Below, in pieces: positions 13,021 to 26,999 of a stretch of DNA of 64,000 nucleotides (position 1 is its first letter; every line of letters begins with the position of its first letter). This DNA comes from Macrostomum lignano (lineage: Eukaryota). The stretch spans positions 62,001 to 126,000 of the forward strand of contig NIVC01002859.1 in assembly GCA_002269645.1 (NCBI GenBank). The letters are read 5' to 3'. Below the pieces are notes generated by a model, which saw nothing but the letters and a program-made list of their open reading frames with translations, searched no databases and was not told the DNA's origin. A program made the position numbers and the translations under genes.

Positions 13021-15659
13021 TTTTTCGAAATAAAAGTACTTCATTCGAAATAACTTTCGAATAATTATACGAAATAATTATACTTTTTCAAAATAACTCA
13101 TTGCCCGTTATAATCCAAAAGCTGACCATAAAAAGCAGGAAACAAGCAGGTTGTCGGACAGGCAGCTGGGCAATGGATGCAAACCGATAAAGCAGCCCTA
13201 TACTTAGGGGTGCAAATACCAAACTGTTAGGGGATGGCGTGGAACCAGGCAGACTAATAGAGATGGAAAACAAGAGCGGGAGGGGGAGAGAGGTGAGGAA
13301 CAGAAATTAGGGCAAGCTTTGCTGGATACCGGGCTTTAAAAAATTGGTTCGACGAACACAGCTCCTGAATTTATCTAAATATAAATATACACATACCCAG
13401 CCGCATCACTACCTGCAGTGGAGTCCGGGAATCAGGGACTCCGGGGGTCGCGGCTGACCCAGTCATTTAGAAAGTGCAAAATAACAACAGGCACACAAGT
13501 TGTTTTCCCGTGAAAAGTACGTTTTCAGCATCAGCGGCAAGCACCTAAATACCTTCACAGACATTATGATGAAATCAACAATCAAAGAATGTACAAGAGA
13601 AAAACACAGTATGTACAGTATATGTCACTGTCATCCTGAAAGTATCGATTGCAACGAATTAAACAATGCCCTTTGCTAGATTAAAAAAAACTAAAAAATT
13701 GTAGTCGAGCATAACCTTAATTTTGGGTTAATTTTGTCTAACACATATTTGCTTTTAGCCTACTCTGAGTAGCTTTAGTTTAGGAAATATTTGTAGATAG
13801 GCTAGTTAAGGCTAGACTAGGCGAAAATTTGCCAAAATATAGGCCTTGGGACTCTTGGCTTGGGACTCTTTCCACCATAGCTATAGATATGGCTTTGGGA
13901 AACTATGCATATACAGGTTTTTAAGAGAACACATACAGAAGCTTCCTATATCTAGATTTCATATCTAATACTGGCCACTCAATAACTAAAAGGACCATTG
14001 GAGCCTTCGATTTCATGGGTGGATAAGGATAGAAATTAATGACTGTTGCCAGTTTCAAAGCTTTATTGGGGGGGGGCACTAAAGTCCTTAGGGTCAGGGA
14101 CTGCAACAGAGATTTTTAGCACTATGCAACATCGTGTGATTTAGCTGGTAGGGGCTAAAGTTAAGATAGATGCAGTCCTTGGTATTCTTCTTGTACAAGT
14201 AATAAATTATACATACATGTTAATGATAGGTAATAGTAAATAGTATATACTAAAACTATATATGAAATTCCTTCTTAGGTGAAATATTAACTTTTTGTGC
14301 AAATTAAATCCATGTGCATTTTCTAGAAAGGTAACTTTTATAATTCTTTTTTGTTTAGCAGTAGAACTACCAAGAGGGGGGAGAGGTGCAATGCTGATTG
14401 GTGCACAGGGGTGCACTGAATACATTAGCGCTTATGGAAAAATTCCAAACTTCTGGTAGAAACATCAAATATATTGATGGTCTGGAGGATTGGCAACTTG
14501 ATTCTTGTTTGAGGTGCGCAACAAAAAGTTAGCCTATGTTCTTGAATTTTGTCCGCCTGTATTGCTCCATTCTAGTATAGCAAAAAATTATCAGGGGAGG
14601 GGAATTTTCCCTTTCTTGGTAGTTTTATAGGCAGAAAAATGGCTTGGTACTGCTACTAATAAAATGAACCTTAAAATTTTAATATCAATACACTGAATCT
14701 TGACCAGGAACAAGTAAACATTTTTTTCCTTGACTTTTACCACCATTGATTTCAGTTAATAAGAAACAGTGTAATCTGAATAAGTACCCAACTTAGTTGA
14801 TTTTTTTAGTAAAGTAGAAGGAATATATACTATGTATACTACTAATAAGTAGAATAACAAATTAGAAGGATACAGAGTAGATCTTGGAAAATATATATAG
14901 AATACCAAAGGCTCCAAACCTCTAATACCAAATACCTCTTATACTTCTAACCCCTAACCTCTACCTCAAATATACCTCTAATACCAAAACCTTTCATCTT
15001 AGGAATTCCCAGGACTAAAAGAAATATACATGCAATATATATATAACCTAGTAACAATAATATACCACTTAGGCCTATATAAGAATGCTATTAATATAGA
15101 ATAAGAATGCTAATAGAATAAAGTAAGAAATACTCAGACCAATACTTAGATATATACTCAACTTAAATTCTAAGACCTAAGGTCAAAAATTAGTATTGTA
15201 TAATAACCAAGTATTATATAATATAACCTTGGTGACAACAGTAAGATAAATTATAGAAGACAGAACAAATACTCCTATTACAACTTTTGTGATAGCAAAT
15301 AAAATTTTAAATTAGTAAAACCCTATGATAGCTTTGGTGGCAGCATTGAGATTACTATAAGAGAGTAGAACCAAGAGGCATATTACAAATAGAAGAACTG
15401 ATGCCATTGGATTTATCATTAAAAGTTATAAGAAGTTATAATATATTATTTAATTAGCTATGAATATGGATATATATATATATGAGTCAAACTCCTCCTT
15501 TGGAGGAGAAAAGGGAAGAACTCCCATCACCAGAATTCCATTCCCTGAAATTCTATGCCTTGAACCCCATTTTTCAAATTGTCTCCAAATTCTTTACAAA
15601 ACCTATCAAATACCATAGTCCATATATTGTTTTCCCTGTGCAAAAACTGACTGCCATTG

Positions 15660-16300
15660 TCCAGACTCAGACTCTTGTGTGTCTCCTCTCTCCTTTCTGC
15701 ACACTCATTGTTACTCTCTTCTCTCTCCTCTCATCTCTACTCCCTTATTTATCTCTTCTCCATTGTTTTTTGTCTGTACCCTCTCCTGTCTCCTCTCTCC
15801 TATCTCTTCTCTTCTCTCTTCTCTATTTCTCTCTTTTCCCACTCATCTCTTTTATCGTCGCATCTCTCATTTTTCCTCTCCTCATTATTTTCTTCTCTTA
15901 ACTTTCTCATCTCTGATCTTTTATCTCTCACTTCTCTCCCTCTCTCCTTTCTCCTCTCGCTTCTCTCTCCTCTTTACTACTTTATTTATCTCTTCTTCCT
16001 GGTCTTTCATCTCTACTGTCTCCTGTCTTTTTTCTCCCCTCTTTCCTCATCTCTTCTCTTCTCCTCTCTTCTATTTCTTCTGTATGCTCTTACCCTTACT
16101 CTTCTATTCTCTCATCTCTCCTGTCTCCCTCTGCTATCCCATATCTCCCCTATTATCTCCTTTCTCCTTTTCTCTCCCCTTCTTTATTCACACCTTACTC
16201 CTCTCTTCTCTCCTATAGTCCTATCTATTATCTCTAATCTCTCCTCTTTCATATCTACTCTCTTTTCTATTATCTCTCTTTGCTTTTCTCTTTTCTCTGA
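15660..16300. repeat. CT-rich low-complexity tract
   Basis: Degenerate polypyrimidine run; gives S/L/F-rich pseudo-ORFs. Confidence 0.85.
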
Positions 16301-19300
16301 CTGACTGAAGGTGCCAAATCCATAAAAATCCTCTTTGTGAGATAGAAATCTATCAAAATGCTTGTTGTGAAACAGGACTCCATAAAAAATCCTCTTTGCA
16401 AAATAGAAATTTTCTCAGTGAAGCTAAAAACCATTGAAGTCCTTTACATAAAACTGAAAACCATCGAAATCCATCAAACAACAACAACAACAACAAAAAA
16501 GTACACTGGATAGTCTCTAGTGTCACAGGGCACATCTTAAGGCCAGAGTGCAAATATAGGCTGCTCTGCTAGCAGAGTCTGGGTCGCCAGCGTCAGCCAA
16601 TAAGCAGTTGACAAAATCCATTAAAATTCTTTCCATGAAACAGAAATCTATCAAAATCTTCTTTGTGAAACTAAAAGCTATCTAAATTGTCTCTGTGAAA
16701 CAGAACTTCATCAAATTATTTTCATGAAACTGAATTCCATCAAAATCCTCTTTTTTTAATGGCAATCTATCAATATCATCTCTGCCAAGCTGCAATTCAT
16801 CAATTTTTTATCATAATACCCAACATTTCCATGAAATTGCCATTTTCATCAAGACTGCTAAATTGAGATCCAAAAATGCTTTCCATACTTGAAATATTCA
16901 AGATGGAGGTGTCAGTGATTAGGGTTAGAGTTGGGATTAGGGTTAACATTATTTCATTGTTCTTCATTTCATTGCTATCTATAGCCTCTTTACTGGGCAT
17001 TCACTGTGTACACTAAGCCCTATTGCTGCCACCCCTAACATGAGAGGTTTTAATTGAATTATATGCAAAACACATGTTAGAAAGTTAAGAGAATAAGTTT
17101 TTTTCTTGAATGCTATGCTTTTTGTTTTCATGTTTAAAGCAAGAAACTTATATCCCCAAACTTAGTGTTGGAAGCTCTTTCTAGCAATATGTCTTTTCTC
17201 TTAAAGTTTAAAACTTGAAGAAAGCGTTTGAAATTTCCCAATTTTCTGACTGCTTGCCTAAGAGATTTGCAGGTTTGTTCATTGAATTTCACTGTCCAGC
17301 TAATACACAGGGCTAATAATAAAACCAATTGAATCTTGAAACAGTCCTATCTATTTGTTTACACTATACAGCTATTATGTACACTCAGCCCAAGCCCAAC
17401 CCCCCTGTTCTGGGGAATGAACATTAAATTTAATTGCACCCCTAAGACGCGGGGTTTTATTTGGATTGAATGCAGAACATACACACCTACCTTCTCCCAA
17501 TACACAGGACCCGCAGGTGGAGGTTGGGGTGATTATTTCAAAAAACAGACTGCCAACCCTTTATTGGAAAGATAGAAGGGCCAAAGAAGGTTAAGAAATC
17601 AGTTTTCTGCTTTTTTTAGGGATCTTAAAATATGAAAATAAAAGATTAAAATAGCCTAAAGCTGATTCCAGAAAATTTGAAGTTTTCCTATATAAGTTTT
17701 GATGCTGAATTGGCAGTATTATGGGAGTTCACTTGCAACATGCATACATACATACATACACACAAAAAATGCAGCAGTTTTAGTATTTAGAAATGAAAGA
17801 AGAAAAAAGGTGCCTCTTTTCTTCATAGTCTAAAATATATTTACATATAAGAATTCTTTGTCCTATATATCTTGCCCTATAAATATAGCATATAACTGCC
17901 TAGGACTTTATTTTGAAAACCAGTCTGTCAAGAAGATAGCAAGTATACACTAGAAGCAAAGGGTTGCAAAAATACATTTGTGCATCAATTTATACTAGAA
18001 AAAAACTAAAAACAATGTATTTTATATTTAAAATATTTTAATAGTAATTTATGAATGTATTACATTTTTATAATATCATAATTTTCATGAAAATTAATTA
18101 TACATATACCAATTATAACAATTCATTTCTAGTATATAAAATTTTTGGCCATTTTGCTAAATATAAAACCATTTTATTTTGCCTTTTAAAAAAATAACAT
18201 TTTTTTTACTATAATCATAAAAATGGGAAGATATATCCTTGTATCCTTTTCCCCCTAGTTAGTTATACTATTGATAATTAGCAATCTCATAAGTTTAAAT
18301 ATTGTACAATATGACAGTTAAAAATTATTCTGTGCATGTTAAATATAAGAACTCTATCCTGGCGGTTGCCATATACATGCATACCTTCACTAATATCCTA
18401 GCTAATGCTAGTACCCATTTTATAGATAGGTAAACTGAAGCAATATACCAGGTTCAACAATAGTTTTTAACCTGTGTATATGTAGGCTTATATTTTATCT
18501 CTTTTAGACAATTGAGCCTTAAAAAATTTTGTTGTCAATTACATATATATTGGTCAACATATTTCAGCAGTGAGCAGCTAAGCTGAGCTCTTTTCATAAA
18601 GAAATTCATTAAAGTCCACTTGATTGACAATTTTAATTTCACCAAAATGTCAATTGAAGCAAAGAGACTATGCTGTTTCATGTAGAAGTTCTTGTCAGGA
18701 GAATCATAGAGCTGACTAGTGCATGCTACAAGACAGTCTACAACATAAAGAACAAGTTAGAGGAGAATGATGACCTTGTTCCATTTTTGGAATAAGACAA
18801 TGTGGCCATTGAACTCACTAGATGCCAACCCACTTGATTACTCTATCTGGCGGTATATGGAAAGTGAGGCCTGTGCTGTCTGTCATCACAATATTAATGA
18901 GACAAAGGCTATTGTCAACAAGGTCTAGGTAAATCTAGATCGAGACTATATCTAAAAAATATGCCAGTCATTTCCACAACAAATTGAAGCCACCATTGCT
19001 GCTAGTAGAGGATATTTTGACTAATTTTATTGCCTATAACATGTTTTAATATCTTGTTAAGTTTTATATAATTTGCTTGCTCTACTTTTTTCAAGGTGAA
19101 AAAATTTGTACTATATGTGTGATGCATAAAACTTTTGTTGAAACTGGTAAAGTTAAGAAGTATCTTGCTTAAAGACACAAATTGTTTTAAATAAGTCAAA
19201 AATTAAACTTTAATATTGCTTTAATCACTAGGCTTAGATTTTTTATTTTAATCCTAAATTTTAAATAAGCTTCAATCGAAAACATAAATATTATACCATA

Positions 19301-20759
19301 TTTTTTTACTAAAATAAATTCCTAGAACTAAAAATAAATAGAATTAGCATCCCCTATTGCAGCCAAAGTCTAAACTGTATTAGACATCCCTTTTCTTTAT
19401 TAAGCCATGCTAGTGTGCCAGACTATGCCCACAATGCTAAAGGCTAGTCTACACTAAATATTGTCCACAATATTGGCAATTGGCTACAATAAGGTTGGTT
19501 AATAGTCATATATATACTATTTTATCTGCCTCTTTTTTGTCTACAAAAATACATTTAAATCATTTTGTCAAAAGTCTAACTTAGAATAGAATAATGATAA
19601 GATAACAAACTCACTCATTAATAAAAATGATAAACTAACATAATTGATATTTTAATAATAATAATAATAATAATAATAATATTAATAATAATAATAAAGA
19701 CCACTATTTGTCAATCATCTATACTATAAAATAAATAATAGGCCTATAAAAACATTTTTAAAAATCATCTAATCACAAAAACATAGTCATATTGACTTGA
19801 AGATATTTTTTCAATTGTCTTCAGGACTATTAGATGTCCAAATATTATTTAAAGGTTTATAACATTTTATTTGTTTGTCTAAGATATTGGGAAAACAAAA
19901 TTACATATGCAAAAATGATATCATCACTATAAATGTTTGGATAACTTGCAAATCTAGATTGTAATAAGCAGTAAAGAATATTTTTGTTATGTTCTAATTA
20001 ACACAGAGAGTTTCTTTGATTGAAGCTTTTGAGTTCAGAGATACACATCTCGCTCACGATATATTTATAGAGGTGAAACTCCTACTTGCACGTTGCATTG
20101 CCAAATCGATACGCAATCACCTACACATTCTGGTCTGAGTATAGTATACACCCACGCATTCAATAAGGTCAATAGTTAATTGTCAGTGGTCAGTATTGCG
20201 CAAGCATTGTCAATCAAAACAATTTTAATAATATTTCTAGCAATAAAATTGGTTCTAACAATAGAAACAATAGAAAAATAAGTTTCAAATATATAAAACT
20301 AAATTTATTTTCTTTTTCAGTCACTTAATTTATTGGTTGATAAAAGATTGTAGACAAAGTGACTAGGCTTATGCATCATAAGGTTAGTGGCTATCCTGCA
20401 AAATCATTTGTTAAATTATTTTCTCAATGGAAATAACTTGCATCTTAACTCTAGAGTTTACAATAATATAAGAAAGTAACATTGAAACAATAGAATGTAA
20501 ACTAGATGCTGAATTAGTTTGTTATAGTCATGTCTTTACATACTTCACATATTTAGAATAGGTAGCAGTGGAAAACCTAGTATAGAAATTTGCCAAATAT
20601 GTTCTGCTAGAACTGTTGCTGCCACAAATACTCCTGTAGGTACAATTCAAATAGTCCATCAGCCATCTCATGCATATGGCAAAACTGGGCCTTGCAGTGC
20701 ACCCATATCCCCATATGCACCCATATGCACCCATAGTTAAAGTGGTAGTTCACAAATAT

Positions 20760-21210
20760 ATGGTTTGGCAATTAGTTATAGGCCTGCCAACTATTGGTTA
20801 TAATCTTTTTTCTAGGCAGGACATGCTGTTGAATGATAGGCACTAGCATCTCAGCCTAGCAGTCAGGAACAATAAGCATGGCGCAGCAGTTTGAACCCCT
20901 CTTAACCATGCCAAGTACTCAATGGCCATCTCAGTATTGCCCAATGTGTTACTTGCAGTGAAAAAAATTGCTCTCATCTATCTTGACTTCAGTGTTGGGG
21001 CCCCCAATTTGTATTGGGTGGTTTATAAGGTACTGTGCACAAATATCATGACAGAAGTTTGCCCAGTCAACAATAGTATGCCACAAGTCAATCTGGCATT
21101 CTTGCATATCTTGCAGCCTAGTATGCATGGACCATAGATAAACCTGATAAACTTCTTTGCATGGCACAAGTTGCAAGAACAAGCTTACCCATCTAGAAAA
21201 CATGTACTAA
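20760..21210 (-). mobile_element. Merlin (IS1595/ISXO2-like) transposase relic, N-terminal/central part
   Basis: IVDWANFCHDIC...IGGPNTEVKIDESNFF, continuing through several stops as H*VLGMVKRGS...VPDC*AEMLVPIIQQHVLP...AYN. Confidence 0.8.
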
Positions 21211-21989
21211 CACAAAGCTATAGCTTCATGGCAGTGCATGATCACCTCCACTATCTCCAAGGCCACCACAATAGCATCTCTGCTCATTGGATATCAGGTG
21301 GTATGTTGCTAGCCACTGCATGGTAGCTTGCATGTCAGCTGTCATTGTAGAAATTCTGCAAAATATAACAGTTCCATGTTCATTAGTTCTAATGCTAGGT
21401 GAATATATTGAGATGGTACAATCTACATTAGGGTAGAAGGTTTAGTCATATTGAAGTAAAGAGTACTTAAATCCTAATATTCTCAGTTTAGCAGCTTGTT
21501 TCTAACCCCAAGCCTATCTCCCTTTAAATGCACAGAGTTGATATTGATGCAATGATTTTGGCCATAGTCATATTTTTAGCATTGCAGTTCATGCCATGCC
21601 ACTAAAATTTTTGGAATTATAAACATACTAATGCACAAATTCAAATGGAAAAATAATTTAACAAACAATTCCGCAAGATAGTTTGGTTAGTATCTATGAC
21701 AATAAAAAGCTTTATGCTTTAAAATTAAACAGCTAGGCACTACCCAATTATCTATAGTTTATATAACCTAGCTAAGCCAAAACCAGAAATTTGCCATATA
21801 TTTAACACCAAAATTATATATAAACATGTTGAGAAAATATAAGTAGGCCCTATTGCTTGACAAAACTAGTAGTATTAAAAAACAATTTTGAAATACATGC
21901 AAAGAATAGGCCTACTGCATGTTTTTGATATTTTTGTTTCATATAGCAATCCTTTAGTTTCCTGCTCTAAATTATTTAAATCCCAGAGG

Positions 21990-22215
21990 ACCAATAGGCC
22001 CGCTACAACATGTTGGCCAACTATCTGACAGTCATTAGTTGCACTTCCAAGATGCCAACAACCCAGCAGCTCACACAAATACTATAGAAGGAATGTGGGA
22101 CAACTGCAAAGCCAAGTTTCGAGCTATGCATGGAACCAGCAAAAATTTGTTCAAAACAGGCCTACCTACACGAGTTCATGTGGCGCGGGGCTTGCCTCCA
22201 TCAGCACTTCAGCAA
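21990..22215 (+). mobile_element. Merlin transposase relic, C-terminal part (separate copy, opposite strand)
   Basis: HFQDANNPAAHTNTIEGMWDNCKAKFRAMHGTSKNLF matches the Merlin HTNTIEGxW motif. Confidence 0.75.
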
Positions 22216-22730
22216 TATCCTCTATTGGATGACACTATTACCCTATGTAGAACACTGTGAATTCTTGCGAAAACTCTGTGAGCTTGTTGGACTTTAAAAG
22301 TTCAAAAATGGGTTTAAATAATTTAGAGTAGGAAACTGAAGGATCACTGTTTCATACAAATATATCTATAGATTTTAAACTTAGAACTTTTATTTTGTAA
22401 AATAATCTCAAAACTCTATTTATTTAAAGAAGTAGATTAATGGCCTATTATTAAGAATATTAGGCTCAATGATAAGTACAGAATCCATACTTGACCTACT
22501 CTTTTTGATAGTCTAGATAGATGCTGTAGAGACTATTATACTCAGAATATTATTAGCACTATGTATTGGATAGACTTCTTAAGTAACAAAGCAGCTAAAA
22601 TTATAGTCTGGACTCGACTATACTATACTTGTTTGAATCTGCTACTCGTTATTTTTTACTGAATTTCTAAAATCTTAAATAGTTAGCATTAATAATTAGC
22701 ATACATAGAGCTGTATCCCTTAAAAAAGCC

Positions 22731-22749
<19 letters not shown>

Positions 22750-22762
<13 letters not shown>

Positions 22763-23419
22763 AGTTGGCTCAGGCAAGAAGCCTGTTTGGCCAGTATATT
22801 TCTGTGTATTTAAGATATTTTAGCATTAGTTGTTTAATTACGATTAAGTTCAAAAGGTTAAATTTGTTCAAAAGGTTAAATTTTTACACGAGTTACGATA
22901 TTTGTAAAATTATTAAGGTATTTGAAAGAGCGTTTTTTGTAAAAAGATCATGTAGTATTTTGCAAGCGCGCAATATTTCAAAGCGTGAAAAACGAACGAA
23001 AAATGAACAAAAACGAACTTCGAAAGAACTTTACGTTTAGCGAATAACGACGATTTAAAATACCGAACAATTTTTTAGTTACCGTTTTAAAATTGCTACT
23101 ACGTTAAAATTAAATTATTATAACAAATACAATACCAAACAGAGTAAAAAACGAAATAACTCAAAAAAATATTTTTTCTGAAAGCAGAAAGTGTACCTTT
23201 AAGATACGCGCGCTGTTAAAAGCGTTTTTTTGTATAAAAATTTTAAGCTGTTTAAATTACAAAAAAATCGCAGCACTTTTTCTTCACTATCGATCTATTT
23301 TATGGCTAGACATTAATAATAGGGCATAACAGTGTTATTTCTTATTATTTAATATTGTGTGCATCGTGCATTTGGGTTGTGCTTTCTTAAGTTTAATATT
23401 TTTGTCTGGCGGAAAAAGA
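22750..23419 (+). promoter_or_regulatory. CpG-retaining promoter region of eEF1-beta
   Basis: Abrupt return of CpG dinucleotides directly upstream of the ATG at 23420. Confidence 0.45.
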
Positions 23420-23499
23420 ATGTCTTTCGGAGATCTTAAAACTGAGGGGGCTGTTCAGAAACTTAATGCCTACCTAGCTGACAAAAGCTACATTGAAGG
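23420..23499 (+). CDS. EEF1B2: Elongation factor 1-beta exon 1
   Basis: MSFGDLKTEGAVQKLNAYLADKSYIEG, 80 nt, GTAAGA donor at 23500 (phase 2). Absent from the ORF track. Confidence 0.95.
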
Positions 23500-23994
23500 G
23501 TAAGAGTAGTCTTTTGAGTTCAATTCATTTGTTTTTGTTTAAATAAAAATTTTTATTTTATACTTTTGCGTGCAATTTCTTAACTGACAAGACGTTTGAT
23601 TGCATTTTATTAAAAAGACCATATCTATACGGGTGCAGCCCATTTCGGCAAAGGAATTTTCGGCAGAAGACGCTTCAACGAAAGTGAATTTTAAGTTTCA
23701 ATAGATGTACATTTCGGCGAAAAGATGGGCTACGTATTTATTGCAAATATACCACTTTGGTGATTGAAGCTTTTAATAAATTGTTCATTGCTACAAATTA
23801 TTTGCAATTAGTAAATTTAAAAACTCATGACTTAGCTCGTAGCTATGTTACTAGCAATCTTCGCCCCCCAATGGGGGACATCTTGATAGAACTTCTGTTC
23901 TCTACAAGTAAAAAAACCCGCCAAATAGAGTCTTCACAAAGACAACAGAAAAACTGCTCAAATGAAGCGCAATGCAAAAAGAAAACATCCCAAG

Positions 23995-24300
23995 ACAGCA
24001 AACACCCCCCCTCCTCCCAGATAGCAAGCACCCCCAGATAGCAAGCACCCCCAGATAGCAAGCACCCCCAGATAGCAAGCACCCCCAGATAGCAAGCATC
24101 CCCAGATAGCAAGCACCCCCAGATAGCAAGCACCCCCAGATAGCAAGCACCCCCAGATAGCAAGCACCCCCAGATAGCAAGCACCCCCAGATAGCAAGCA
24201 CCCCCAGATAGCAAGCACCCCCAGATAGCAAGCACCCCCAGATAGCAAGCATCCAATTGATAGCAAGTATCTATCCTTAAATAGCAAGCATCCAACAGAC
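23995..24300. repeat. 17-bp minisatellite (CCCCAGATAGCAAGCAC), eEF1-beta intron 1
   Basis: Direct tandem repeats. Confidence 0.92.
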
Positions 24301-24399
24301 AAAAAGAATATGGTGCAACATTTCCTTTTAGCTTTCTAAGGGCTCCTTTATGATTAGCATGATGCTTCTTATTACGTTTGAAAATGTCTCTCCTGTGTT

Positions 24400-26870
24400 T
24401 GAAATGGTGGCTATTTTATGTTTGAATTGGTGGCTTTTTAATGTTTGGCATGGTGACTCTTTAAGTTTAATGTTCTACATGGTGGCTCTTTAATGTTTGA
24501 CAATTTATGTTTGTGCCAGTTTTATGTTTGTCATGGTGGCTCCTTAATGTTAGAAACAGTGGCTCTTTAATGTTTGACATGGAGTCACATATATGTTTCA
24601 CATGGTGGCTCTTCTATGTCTAACTTGGTAGCTCTTTTATGTTTGACATCGTGGCTCGTTAATGTTCGACATGGTGGCTCTTTAACATTCGACATGGTGG
24701 CTCTTTAATGTTTGACATGGTGGCTCTTTACTGTTTGACAATGTGGCTCTTTAATGTTTGACATGGTGGCTCTTCAACGTTCGACATGGTGGCGCTTTAA
24801 TGTTCGACATGGTGGCTCTTTACTGTTTGACATGAAGGCTTTTAAATGTTTAACATGGTGGCTCTTTAATGTTTCACATGATGCTCTTTAATGTTTTAAA
24901 TGGTGGCTCTTTTATGTTTAACATGGTAGCTCTTTAATATTCTTTATGTTATAGCTCTTTCATGTTTGACATGGTGGCTGTTTAATGTTCGAAATGGTGG
25001 CTCTTTAATGTTCGAAATGAAGAAATTCGAAATGGTGGCTCTTTAATGTTCGAAATGGTGGCTCTTTAATGTTCGAAATGGTGGCTCTTTAATGTTTGAC
25101 ACAAAGTCACATATATGTTTGACATGGTGGCTCTTAAATGTTTGACATGGTGGCTCTTTATGTTTGACATAGTGGCTCTTTGATGTTCGAAATAGTGGCT
25201 CCTTTATGGTCAACATGGTGGCTCTTTAATGTTCGAAATGGTGGCTCTTTAATGTTGGAAATGGTGGCTCCTTAATGTTTGACACAAAGTCACATATATG
25301 TTTGACATGGTGGCTCTTAAATGTTTGCCATGGTGGCTCTTTATGTTTGACATGTTAGCTCTTTTATGTTTGACATGGTGGCTCTTTTATGCTTGACATG
25401 GTGGCTCTTTAATGTTCGACATGGTGGTTCTTTAATGTTTGACATGGTGGCTCTTTAATGTTCTACATGGTGGCCCTTTAATGTTCGACATGGTGGCTCT
25501 TCTAGGTTTGACATAATGGCTCTTTAATTTTTGACATGGTGGCTCTTTAATGTTCGATATGGTGGCTTTTTTATGTTAGACATGGTGGCTCTTTTAGGTT
25601 TGACATGATGGCACTTTTGTGTTTTGACATGGTGGCTCTTCTATGTTTGACATGGTCGCTCTTAAATGGTTGCATGGTGGCTCTTAAATGTTTGACATGG
25701 TGGCTTTTAAATCTTTGACATGGTGGCTTCTAAATGTTTGACATGGTGGCTCTTTTTTGTTCGATATGGTGGCTCTTTTTTGTTCTACACGGTAACTCTT
25801 TATGTTTGATACGGTCGCTTTTTAATGTCTGACATGTTGGCTCTTTTATGTTTGACATGGTGGCTCTTAATTTTTTGACATGGTGGCTCTTTAATGTTCG
25901 AAATGGTGGCTCTTTAATGTTCGACATGGTGGCTCTTTTATGTTCAACATGGTGGCTCGTTAATGTTTGACATGGTGGCTCTTAATTGTTTGACATGGTG
26001 GCTCTTTAATGTTTGACATGGTGGCTCTTTAATGTTCGACATGGTGGCTCTTTTATGTTCAACATGGTGGCTCTTTAATGTTCTTCATGGTATAGCTCTT
26101 TTATGTTAGACATGGTGGCTCTTTAATGTTCTTCATGGTATAGCTCTTTTATGTTAGACATGGTGGCTCTTTAATGTTTGACATAAAGTCACATATATGT
26201 TTGACATGGTGGCTCTTAAATCTTTTTCTTTAATGTTCAAAATGGTAGCTCTTTAATGTTCGAAATGGTGGCTCTTTAATGTTCAAAATGGTGGCTCTTT
26301 ATTTTCGACATGGTGGCTCTTAAATGTTTGACATGGTGGCTCCTAAATGTTTGACATGGTGGCTCTTTAATGTTTAAAATGGTGGCTCTTTTATGTTCAA
26401 AATGGTAGCTCTTTAATGTTTGAAATGGTGGCTCTTTAATGTTCAAAATGGTGGCTCCTTAATGTTCAACAAAGTGGCTCTTTAATGTTTGACATGGTGG
26501 CTCCTAAATGTTTGACATGGTGGCTCTTTAATTTTCGAAATGGTGGCTCTTTATTTTCGACATGGTGGCTCTTAAATGTTTGACATTGTGGCTCCTAAAT
26601 GTTTGACATGGTGGCTCTTTAATGTTTAAAATGGTGTCTCTTTAATGTTCAAAATGGTAGCTCTTTAATGTTCGAAATGGTGGCTCTTTAATGTTCGAAA
26701 TGGTGGCTCTTTTATGTTCGAAATGGTGGCTCTTTAATGTTCGACATAGTGGCTCTTTAATGTTCCACGTGGTGGCTCTTTAATGTTTGACAAAGAGTCA
26801 CGTATATGTTTTACATGGTGCCCATGTAATGTTTGACATGGTGCCTCTTTTATGTTTGACATTGTGCTTT
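24400..26870. repeat. 23-bp minisatellite (ATGTTTGACATGGTGGCTCTTTA), roughly 100 copies
   Basis: About 2.4 kb of degenerate tandem repeats. Confidence 0.93.
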
Positions 26871-26924
26871 TTTATGTTTAGCAGTTTCGTGTTTTCAAGG
26901 TGTTTTAATAAAAAAATTATTTTT

Positions 26925-26990
26925 CACTACTAAGATTCGAACCCAGGTCGCTACGTTGGCAGTCCAGTCTGTTCATATATAGGCTATCTC
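26925..26990 (-). pseudogene. Degenerate tRNA-Gly(GCC)-like sequence / SINE head
   Basis: Minus strand GAGATAGCCTATATATGAACAGACTGGACTGCCAACGTAGCGACCTGGGTTCGAATC: intact B box, CTGCCAA anticodon-like loop, decayed A box. Confidence 0.4.
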
Positions 26991-26999
26991 TTTTCAATT

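Noticed and set aside
16915-16950. Interstitial telomere (TTAGGG-like)
   Set aside because: Only two perfect units within degenerate sequence
24400-26870. CRISPR-like appearance of the 23-bp and other arrays
   Set aside because: Units are contiguous with no unique spacers, no cas genes are present, and the context is eukaryotic
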